DNA from: Paraspadella gotoi | Lineage: Eukaryota; Animalia; Chaetognatha | Assembly (NCBI GenBank): GCA_051294375.1 | Contig: JBJCIZ010000488.1 | Location: forward strand, 1 to 20,043 | Length of the DNA: 20,043 nt | Direction: 5' to 3' | Shown here: in pieces, positions 9,650 through 18,916 of the stretch | Layout: each line of letters starts with the position of its first letter | Position numbering within the stretch: position 1 is the first letter of the stretch | The notes under the pieces: generated by a model | What the model was told of the DNA's origin: nothing | Seen by the model: the letters and a program-made list of their open reading frames with translations, nothing else | Database searches by the model: none | Position numbers and translations under genes: made by a program

Positions 9650-10538
9650 AGTCCGACGTAGTCGATGATTGAGGTGCGACTTTTTGGTTGCTCCTTCTTT
9701 TTTGTCATCTTCCAAAAGATTTGGTTGAGATACCTTAACCTCGACCGTCTTCTTTCTAGACCTTGTCTTAGGGGGAGAATATGTAGGGGCTTGATTTTTT
9801 TTCAACGGAATAACTTTTTTTTTAGGACTTAATTTTTTTTTTATTTCTTGTTGATGTTGTTGCGATCTAGGGGAAAATGATGGCGTTTTAGGTCTGACTG
9901 CCGGATGGGGTTTAATGGGAGTCGATGAAGATTGAGATTTAGGTTTGCCCGGGGTGGATGAAATCTCTTGACGCGTTGCGGTTGCGACTTCGAGCTTTGG
10001 TTCTTGAGGGGGTGAAGAAAGGCTCGGTTTCCTCACTTTCTGACTTTTCAACCAGAAAAGGTAATTTTGTATTTGATCCGGAGTGATTGCTTTTGTGTGT
10101 GAAAGATGATCCGCAATATCCTCCAAATCCCCGACCGATGTTTTGTCCACAAAAACTCTACCCTTTTCCATTTTAATACCGTCTAATGACTCAATTTCTT
10201 CTTTTATTTGTTCTTTGTTGCGATAAAGTCTGGCTTCCGTTATATTATTTATTAACGGCGAGATTCTTGACTCTAACCCCTTCCAATCCCTTTCGGCCAG
10301 GTTTTCCGTAAGTTTTTTTGATTTGAGAAAATCGCTATTGTAGTCTATCATATACTGATCTTCCGGGATAGGCGTTGTCTTTGGTGGAATCGTTGGCGGG
10401 GCTGGACTTTCCTGGTTGACCGTGTGATTGGGGGTAGAGAGAGATGACGGGGGGATAGAAATATTCGAATCGTGAAGATTTTTTTCGGATACCAAGTACA
10501 TCCGGGTGGCGTAATTTCGTAGGTCTCTTGGCGGTCAT
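9650..10538 (-). CDS. Uncharacterised Polinton ORF (Pro/Lys/Ser-rich), read in frame into the integrase N-terminus in this copy
   Basis: ORF 9395-10501 (368 aa); only the last ~85 aa are integrase-like. Position between the core-like gene and the integrase is usual for Polintons. Boundaries approximate. Confidence 0.6.
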
Positions 10539-10539
10539 T

Positions 10540-10921
10540 TGGCGAAGTTGATTTTTTTCCTTTTTTTGCGATGGCTTCGACGATGAGACTAATTATGGTA
10601 GGAGCCAAAACGGATAACAAAGTTCCTAACATTCCACCAGTCTGGACATGTTGTTTTTTTTTTCATAGGTAAGCTTCTTAATGAGAGAGCGTGTATTTGC
10701 TTTTTATACGGTCTCAAACGAGATAGTTGACTGCTTGAAGTAGGGATGTTGCTTTTTAAAATATTTAAACATATCTCCGACATGCAAATACAAGCGTCGT
10801 TTGATTTTTTAGAACGCCAAAAAGCCTTTTGATGATGCTTCGGTAGTTTGTTAATTTTTTTCAGGAGCGGAAGTTGGCGGGCGAAACGCTCTCTGGCGGC
10901 GGCGTTGTTTCTCGGCTTCAT
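10540..10921 (-). pseudogene. Small basic core-like Polinton protein ending in QxGG plus a hydrophobic tail; one frameshift in an A-run
   Basis: CMSEICLNILKSNIPTS..LSRLRPYKKQIHALS..PMKKK then, in the +1 frame, QHVQTGGMLGTLLSVLAPTIISLI; matches a widespread Maverick small-ORF pattern. Confidence 0.75.
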
Positions 10922-11242
10922 AATCTTTTATCGCAATAGACCGTCATCGGAGCCTCAAAATGGGAAGATTCTCGATCTCACCTTCAATCTTTCGGACTTG
11001 CTGTGGCAGTGGCCATCGATAAAAAGTACGGAAAGGCGTGGGTTGAGTTTTCTAGGTTGTCCACGTAAGATTCTATGAGAAAGTTTGTTTTTTCGGGAAA
11101 TAGTTGTCGACCGAGAGTTTGAAATATTGATCGGTCTCTTGGAAATTTTGTTAAAACGAGGTAACTCGAATTTAAAGAACTAATCTCAGACGGGGTTTTG
11201 TCTCGAATAAAGATTGTGTACGATGAAGATGCAGCTTAATTT

Positions 11243-11316
11243 CTGTTAAAAAAATATTTTTCTATGTGTAGTAAAATTAACAATGATTTAATACTTATAT
11301 ATACGCTCGAACCTAC
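11243..11316 (-). other. Spliceosomal intron 2 of the ATPase (74 nt, phase 0)
   Basis: TCG|GTAGGT...TTTTTTTAACAG|AAA; joins SHHS to KLSCIFIVHNLY. Confidence 0.87.
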
Positions 11317-11586
11317 CGAGTGGTGGGATATGACTCGAAATATTCTCGACATGAGAGAAAAATCGACTCGGTCTTCCATGTCATCGCATAACAGAAGACT
11401 GTTTGGCGTTTGAGCAGATCGTCGACTTGCTCGGCGTAGGCGGTCCTTGAGAAAGAATGGCGGCGGGAAAGTTTGTGGAGTTGTATTGGTCACCCCCGCT
11501 TCGTAACATATTAATATTTTTTTTAAAGGGGACGTCGACGATGTCTTCCGCGTGTTTAATAAGATTCGAACAAAATGTTGTCTTAC

Positions 11587-11649
11587 CTAAAGATGAAATA
11601 TATTTTTTAATTACTATTTATATTTCGTATAATCATAATTCGTTTTTAC
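11587..11649 (-). other. Spliceosomal intron 1 of the ATPase (63 nt, phase 1), splitting the Walker A Gly codon
   Basis: G|GTAAAA...CATCTTTAG|GT AAG ACA; restores GASNSGKTT. Confidence 0.92.
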
Positions 11650-11751
11650 CGCTGTTACTCGCGCCCGCTACTATCATAGAAAAAGGAGATTGTATATTAA
11701 GATTATAACAGTTTTTCTCAGAAATACAATCCACCCCCCTTTTTTTTACAG

Positions 11752-11932
11752 GAGGCAACGAAAACGATGTTAAGGACGAGCGGAAAACGGGCAGTAATTT
11801 GACACTGGCGACGACTATGGTGATGGTAACTTCGGTGGCACTTATAAATACCGGTGTGATTGCGCCAGTTTGGGCGACTGCAAAAAGATCGACGGAGTTA
11901 AGTTTACAATGGGCCGTGATGGGATCGAATAA
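11752..11932 (+). pseudogene. Possible orphan terminal exon (Gly/Asp/Cys-rich)
   Basis: Strong acceptor CCCCCTTTTTTTTACAG ending at 11751. With one frameshift it reads GNENDVKDERKTGSN-FDTGDDYGDGNFGGTYKYRCDCASLGDCKKIDGVKFTMGRDGIE-stop. Confidence 0.35.
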
Positions 11933-11945
11933 TAATATAAATGAG

Positions 11946-13361
11946 ATGAGAAACAATTATAGAACTATTATTCCCGACCAACCACCTAGGGAAGAAAATG
12001 TATCCTATAGTTTAGGCATGAGTGTTTTTTTAAAAGATAAAGAAGATAAAAAAGAAAAAACGGAGAGAGAGAAGCAAAATGCTTATTATATCAAATGTAT
12101 TAGAGAAAGTTATATGAACAAAAGACAAAAGGGAGAGGGTAAAAGATGCGATATTAGTAAAGAGATAAAGGAAAAATTGAAAAAGATTAAAGTCAAAACC
12201 TTCATTTGTTAAAAAATAAAGGTCAATGAGATGTCGTCGATTATGAGCGAGAAGTGTTGTTTCCTTCGACGATAGAACCTTTAAACCACGATTCAATTTA
12301 CGTAGAACAACCAGAAATAATTTTTATCAAGGAAGTAAAGGGGGACAAAGAAGCGGAAGAGGATGCTAAAAGTGGTGAAAAGCTTGAAACTATTGTAAAA
12401 AAGTTGACTGCGAAGGCAACTAATTCTATAAATACTGTTAAAATTAAAGATGGAGAAGTACTATCTAGGAAAAAAGTTAGAAATATTTTTTTTTTAAAAA
12501 AGTTCATTTTATTCAATAAAAATATACAAAACATGGGTAAAACATTCCCAATATTTGGTATGGCCCTCCCTCGGCATCGACCACTGCCTGCATTCGTCTG
12601 GGCATGCTCTCGTAAAGTGAATTGACGGTTACGAAGGTGAAATGTTTGCAATGGTGGAAACGGGATTCCAAGTCTATTGCTGATGAATTGTTGCGTCTTT
12701 TCCCTCTTTTCTCAGAGCTACAATTGCACCTTTATGAACCAAAGAGAGGAGCTGTCTATTCGGCATAACCAAATTTTAAAAAATGAAAAAAATAACTAAC
12801 TCAATTTGAAAATAGAAACAAATAACTCAATACCAAGAATTGTGGAAAACTAAAGGCGATTTTTTCCGCCATTTTCACTTGAGGTAGCAATCTTATTTTG
12901 CCTTCTAACTTCTATACGGTTGGATCTACAAAAAATGGAAGGAAGCAACTGAAAGGAAATTTAGTGTAGAATCTGAAAACATCCTGATTTTTTAAAAATC
13001 GAGCAAGTTTTTCGAGTAGATATCCTCAATTAAAATGTTTCTAATTTTTTCCTAGATAGTAAATGTCGAAGACAAGATGTTAAAGATTAAGAAAGAAAAG
13101 GGAGAGAAGATTAAGACTATCATTAAAAGACTGACCGATGATGCGATGAAGGCTAATTGTACACAACTAAGTGGTATAGATTTTGCGAATGACAAACCGG
13201 ATGGAGATTGTGAAGTAAAACAAGAGGCGCAAGAAATTGCCGAAATTATCATCGTTTCTGATAGTGAAGATAATAGCGAAGAAACAGAAAGAAAAAGAAG
13301 GAAAAAGACAGAAAGTCAGAGTATAAAAGAATGTTTTGTAAGGTTAAAAAGATTGGACTGA
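11946..13361 (+). pseudogene. Fragmented, probably spliced gene of unknown function (possible Polinton accessory gene)
   Basis: Successive purine-rich coding-like blocks separated by AT-rich intron-like segments (e.g. acceptor TTTTTTCCTAG ending at 13055); last block ORF 13077-13361. Confidence 0.45.
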
Positions 13362-13644
13362 TACTAATTATGTTTATGTCTTTGGTTTGTTTTATCTATT
13401 TAAAAAACTAAATATTAAGGTAAATCAATCATATATTTTTTTTTTATTTTTTAAACTTTGATAATAAAGGGGAAAATGAATATATAGTTTTAGTGGGTAT
13501 TGCTTTTGTATTGTAAACCATAATAAGTTTTTTTTTAAATTAAATTTCTCTCTTTTTAGAAAACAATTTTTATGGATGGATGAAGATTGGAAATTATTAT
13601 TTGAGATGGACATTTAAAGTTAACATCGAGGTGAGTAAATTTTT

Positions 13645-13861
13645 AATATTAAAAATTAACAAAGTTTGATTTTTATTTTATAAGAGCAGACATGTTTCGG
13701 AAGTATCAAGTTCATAACTCATGTGCGCTGAAGAAGGCTCGTATTGTGAGCCGAAACATGTCTGCTCTTATAAAATAAAATTCGTTGCAAAATAAAAATC
13801 AAACTTTGTTAATCTCTCAAACAACGAAAAAGAAAGGATAATTACCATGAATATTAAAAAT
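13645..13861. mobile_element. Penelope-like element pLTR remnant with a partial inverted copy and 12-bp target site duplication
   Basis: AATATTAAAAAT at 13645-13656 and 13850-13861; 13655-13700 is an inverted copy of 13751-13813 (minus a 17-nt insert); contains a hammerhead core. Confidence 0.7.
13725..13765 (+). ncRNA. Minimal type I hammerhead ribozyme
   Basis: GCG-CTGAAGA-A-GGCTC-gtattgt-GAGCC-GAAA-CATGTC-TGC: CUGANGA and GAAA boxes, 5-bp stem II, palindromic ACATGT stem III, GUC cleavage triplet, short stem I. Confidence 0.78.
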
Positions 13862-14496
13862 GAAAAGATTCTTTAAGTAATATCGATACTCTTAATTTTT
13901 TTGCTCATAATGTTATTTGTTTTTTCAATTTGAAATATTATATAAGTTAGCAAAAACCGTTATTAATACGCTGTCTTTTTTTTTTGCTCAAAGGATTGAT
14001 TTGTGGATCATGCGACTATATCAAATGAGAAAATTGATGGTACTTCACTTTCTTATTTTTGTTGACATTTAAAAAAGACTTAAAATGACTATTTTTTGTT
14101 TTTTCAGAAAAACCTTGCTTTTAGTTTATTCGTGTGTATTAGATTAGTTTTGTCATTTTGTTTAGTTGCATCGAGATATGATATTTTACTATTTTGATTA
14201 AATTGATTACTGTCATTCTTACTTTGGTCTATTTGTTTACTTTATTGCGTGTGTTTCATTGATATATATAATTTATAAATTTTAAACTTATAAAGTTGAT
14301 AATGAGGTTTTAAATTATAATAGTTATTTGTGAACGGAACTAATAAATGTCACGTTGACCTAGGTCAAAAGTGGTTGTTATAGAAAAGTTGTTGAATAAA
14401 AACAAATATTTCTTTCATTCCTTTTTGCTTTCACAAACGCCTCTATTCATAATAGATAAGCCTAAGTTGTAGTTCATTCAAATAGCGATGTCGCCG

Positions 14497-16590
14497 AGCA
14501 TCAACCTTCAGGCTCCTCTCCCAACCTAACCCATAAACCTAAACCTCTACCCGGTCAAGGCCTCTGTGCCTCTCCCCATAACCCTAACCCGGCCTGGTCC
14601 TCCCGTACATATGCTCCATGCCTCAACCTAACCTAACCGCCTTTGATGCATCAACCACGGGCCCCTCCCCCAACCCTATACCCTAACCAAGCCTTCCGTT
14701 CAACTCTGTGCTCTCCCCTAACCCCTAACCCAAGGCTCAGCCTCCCGTACAATCTCCGTGCCTCAACCCTACCCTAACCCGCCTTCAATGCATCAACCAC
14801 GGGCCCCTCCCCAACCCTAACCCTAAACTAAGCCCTTCGCGTTCAACTCCATGCTCTCCCTAACCCTAACCCAGGCCCAGCCTCCCGCTACATTCCGTGC
14901 CTCAACCCTAACCCTACCGCCTTCGATGAATCAACCATGGCGTCCTCCCGCAACCCTAACCTAAACCAAGCCTCCGTTCAACTCCATGCCTCTCCCTACA
15001 CCTAAACCAGGCCGGCCTCGCCGTACAATCTCCGTACCTCAACCCTAACCCTAATTGCCTTCGATATATAACCCACGGGCCTCTCTCCCAACCCTAACCC
15101 TAAACCGGGCCCAGGCCTCCCGTACATCTCCGTACCTCAACCCTAACCCTAATTGCCTTCGATATATAACCACGGGCATCTCTCCCAACCCTAACCCTAA
15201 ACCGGGCCCAGGCCTCCCGTACATCTCCGTGCCTCAACCCTAACCCTAACGCGGGCCTCTTGGTCATCAAACAACACCCTCCCTACCCCTATCCCTAAAA
15301 ATTGACATTAATAATAAGCCTAAAATAAACTTAACTTAACTCAACCCTAACCCTAAACTACTCAACCCTAACCCTAAACTACTCAACCCTAACCTAACTA
15401 CTACCTACTCAACCCTAACCCTAAACCAACTCAACCCTAACCCTAACCCTAATCTGAGTTATTTTTAGGCGAAATCGCCATAACTAGAACGCTAGATGTA
15501 GTCGTGCGAAATCGCGCAAATGCGACTTAGCCATGCACGCGCCTCGCCATTTGGCGATTTAGCTGTCAACTACATCTAGCGTTCTAGTTATGGCGATTTC
15601 GCCTAAAATAAACTCAGATTAGGGTTAGGGTTAGGGTTGAGTTGGTTTAGGGTTAGGGTTGAGTAGGTAGTAGTTAGGGTTAGGGTTGAGTAGTTTAGGG
15701 TTAGGGGTTGAGTAGTTTAGGGTTAGGGTTAGGGTTGAGTTAAGTTAAGTTTATTTTTGGCTTATTATTAATGTCAATTTTAGGGATAGGGGTAGGGAGG
15801 GTGTTGTTTGATGACCAAGAGGCCCGCGTGTAGGGTTAGGGTTGAGGCACGGAGATGTACGGAGGCCTGGGCCCGGTTTCAGGGCTTAGGTTGGGAGAAG
15901 TAGGCCCGTGGGTTATATATCGGGAAGGCCTTAGCGGGTTATAGGGTTGAGGTTACGGGAGATGGTACGGGAGCCTGGGCCCGGTTTAGGGTTAGGGTTG
16001 GAGAGAGGCCCGCTGGTTATATATCGAAGGCAATTAGGGTTAGGGTTGAGGTACGGGAGATGTACGGGAGGCCGGGCCCTGGTTTAGGGTTAGGGGAGAG
16101 GCATGGAGTTGAACGGAGGCTTGGTTTAGGGTTAGGTTGCGGGGAGGGACCCATGGTTGATTCATCGAAGGCGGTTAGGGTTAGGGTTGAGGCACGGAGA
16201 TGTACGGGAGGCTGGGCCTGGTTAGGGTTAGGGGAGAGGCATGGGAGTTGAACGGGAGGCTTAGTTTAGGTTAGGGTTGGGGGAGGGGCCCGTGGTTGAT
16301 GCATTGAAGGCGGTTAGGGTTAGGGTTGAGGCACGGAGATGTACGGAGGCTAGCCTGGGTTAGGGTTAGGGGAGAGGACAGAGGTTGAACGGAAGGCTTG
16401 GTTTAGGGTTAGGGTTGGGGGAGGGGCCCGTGGTTGATGCATCAAAGGCGGTTAGGGTTAGGGTTGAGGCATGGAGATGTACGGGAGCCCAGGCCCGGGT
16501 TAGGTTAGGGGGAGAGGCACAGAGTTGAACGGGAGGTTTGGTTTAGGGTTAGGGTTGGGAGAAGGAGCCTGAAGGTGATGCTCATCCCCG
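14497..16590. repeat. Palindrome 1: CCCTAA-rich arm, hairpin centre at ~15535, TTAGGG-rich arm
   Basis: Arms are reverse complements, built of ~140-nt units of three ~45-nt subunits, each with ~2 TTAGGG plus a spacer. Confidence 0.92.
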
Positions 16591-16930
16591 TGTTAGCTGC
16601 GCTTTTCATTTATTCGCTACCTTTTATCACTGGCGAGGTCGCCAGTGGGGGACTGGCGACATCGCCAAAGCCCTGGCGATATCGCCATGGCGAAGTCGCC
16701 AACAACTAGAACCACACCTGCAACTCGTGCGTGAAATCGCCNNNNNNNNNNNNNNNNNNNNNNNNNGCCGGAGCGATTCACGCACGAGTTGCAGGTGTGG
16801 GTTCTAGTTGGTGTTGGCGACTTCGCCATGGCGATATCGCCAGCTTTAGCGATGTCGCAGTCCCCCCACTGGCGACCTCGCCAGTGATAAAAGTAGCGAA
16901 TATAAATGAAAAGCGCAGCTAACACGGGGA
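16590..16930. repeat. Inverted GC-rich linker centred on a 25-N assembly gap (16742-16766)
   Basis: Sequence left of the gap is the reverse complement of the sequence right of it; four GGCGAnnTCGCC-type palindromes per side. Confidence 0.88.
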
Positions 16931-18870
16931 TGAGCATCACCTTCAGGCTCCTCTCCCAACCCTAACCCTAAACCAAACCTCCCGTTCAACTCTGTGCCTC
17001 TCCCCTAACCTAACCCGGGCCTGGGCCTCCCGTACATCTCCATGCCTCAACCCTAACCTAACCGCCTTTGATGCATCAACCACGGGCCCCTCCCCAACCC
17101 TAACCCTAAACCAAGCCTTCCGTTCAACTCTGTGCCTCTCCCCTAACCCTAACCCAGGCTCAAGCCTCCGTACATCTCCGCTGCCTCAACCCTAACCTAA
17201 CCGCCCTTCAATGCATCAACCACGGGCCCCTCCCCCAACCCTAACCTAAACTAAGCCTCCCGTTCAACTCCCATGCCTCTCCCCTAACCCTAACCAGGCC
17301 CAGCCTCCCGTACTCTCCGTGCCTCAACCCTAACCCTAACCGCCTTCGATGAATCAACCATGGGTCCCTCCCGCCACCCTAACCCATAAACCAAGCCTCC
17401 GTTCAACTCCATGCCTCTTCCCCTAACCCTAAACCAGGCCCGGCTCCCGTACATCTCCGTACCTCAACCCTAACCCTAATTGCTTCGATATATAACCACG
17501 CGGCTCTCTCCCAACCCTAACCTAAACCGGGCCCAGGCTCCCGTACATCTCCGTACCTCAACCCTAACCGCTAATTGCCTTCGATATATAACCCACGGGC
17601 TCTCTTTCCCAACCTAACCCTAAACCGGGCCCAGGCCTCCGTACATCTCCGTGCCTCAACCCTAACCCTAACGCGGGCCTCTTGGTCATCAAACAACACC
17701 TCCCTACCCCTATCCCTAAAATTGACATTAATAATAAGCCTAAAAAAACTTAACTTAACTCAACCCTAACCCTAAAAACTACTCAACCCTAACCCTAAAC
17801 TACTCAACCCTAACCCTAACTACTACCTACTCAACCCTAACCCTAAACCAACTCAACCCTAACCCTAACCCTAATCTGAGTTTATTTTAGGCGAAATCGC
17901 CATAACTAGAACGCTAGATGTAGTTCAGTGCAAATCGCCAAATGCGACTTAGCCATGACGCCCTCGCATTTGGCGATTTAGCTGTCAACTACATCTAGCG
18001 TTCTAGTTATGGCGATTTCGCCTAAATAAAACTCAGATTAGGGTTAGGGTTAGGGTTGAGTTGGTTTAGGGTTAGGGTTGAGTAGGTAGTAGTTAGGGTT
18101 AGGGTTGAGAGTAGTTTAGGGTTAGGGTTGAGTAGTTTAGGTTAGGGTTAGGGTTGAGTTAAGTTAAGTTTATTTTAGGCTTATTATTAATGTCAATTTT
18201 AGGGATAGGGGTAGGGAGGGTGTTGTTTGATGACCAAGAGGCCCGCGTTAGGGTTAGGGTTGAGGCACGGAGTTGTACGGGAGGCCTGGGCCCGGTTTAG
18301 GGTTAGGGTTGGGAGAGAGGCCCGTGGTTATATATCGAAGGCAATTAGGGTTAGGGTTGAGGTACGGAGATGTACGGAGGCCTGGGCCCGGTTTAGGGTT
18401 AGGGTTGGGAGAGAGGCCCGTGGGTTATATATCGAAGGCAATTAGGGTTAGGGTTGAGTACGGAGACTGTACGCGAGAGCCGGCCTGGTTTAGGGTTAGG
18501 GAGAGGCATGGAGTTGAACGGAGGCTTGGTTTAGGTTAGGGTTGCGGGAGGGACCCATGGTTGATTCATCGAAGGGTAGCGGTTAGGGTGAGGCACGGAA
18601 TGTACGGGGAGGCTGGGCCTGGGTTAGGGTTGGGAGAGCATGGAGTTGAACGCGGAGGCTTAGTTTAGGGTTAGGGTTTGGGGGAGGGGCCGTGGTTGAT
18701 GCATTGAAGCGCGGTTAGGGTAGGGTTGAGGCCGGAGATGTACGGGAGGCTGAGCCCTGTGGGTTAGGGTTAGGGGAGAGGCACAGGTTGAACGGAAGGC
18801 TTGCGGTTAGGGTTAGGGTTGGGGGAGGGGCCCGTGGTTGATGCATCACAGGCGGTTAGGTTAGGTTGAG
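16930..18870. repeat. Palindrome 2: second copy of palindrome 1, centre at ~17957, right arm shortened
   Basis: Same arm units and same centre sequence, offset ~2.42 kb from copy 1. Confidence 0.92.
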
Positions 18871-18916
18871 ATCTCTCTCCGGCGACATCGCTATTTGAAT
18901 GAACTACAACTTAGGT

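Larger units (their letters stand above)
10918..11730 (-). pseudogene. A32/FtsK-like DNA packaging ATPase, two introns, frameshifts
   Basis: PFSMIVAGASNSG|KTTF (Walker A), LLLCDDM (Walker B), SHHS|KLSCIFIVHNLY, SLNSSYLVLTKFPRDRSIFQTLGRQLFP, VRSRIFP. The probable stop overlaps the next ATG (ATGA at 10921-10918). Start codon uncertain. Confidence 0.9.
2514..11740. mobile_element. Degraded Polinton/Maverick (adintovirus-like) element, core gene cluster; may extend to ~13.4 kb
   Basis: Contains pPolB (+) converging on ATPase, QxGG core-like ORF, integrase, penton-like, GxGIG pVII-like and major-capsid-like genes (all -), a typical Polinton gene set and layout. No TIRs or protease found. Confidence 0.93.
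14459..18916. mobile_element. Non-coding foldback/TIR element filled with TTAGGG-containing satellite palindromes
   Basis: Perfect 36-bp inverted termini 14461-14496 and 18880-18915 (CCTAAGTTGTAGTTCATTCAAATAGCGATGTCGCCG), flanked by TA at 14457-14458 and 18917-18918. Internal continuity uncertain (N gap, indel-rich). Confidence 0.65.

Noticed and set aside
14355-14370. TTGACCTAGGTCAA palindrome as a nuclear-receptor site or Polinton subterminal motif
   Set aside because: Single short occurrence with no supporting context.
15240-15850. True telomere or telomere-telomere fusion
   Set aside because: Repeats are short, interrupted and internal. The order is CCCTAA arm then TTAGGG arm, opposite to an end-to-end fusion (TTAGGG then CCCTAA).
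15055-18539. ORFs in the satellite (PNPNP / LGLGL peptides) and across the N gap
   Set aside because: Translations of telomeric repeats with no evidence of coding function.
14497-18870. CRISPR-like repeat/spacer appearance of the TTAGGG-spacer units
   Set aside because: Spacers recur periodically, the repeats are telomeric, the context is eukaryotic and there are no cas genes.
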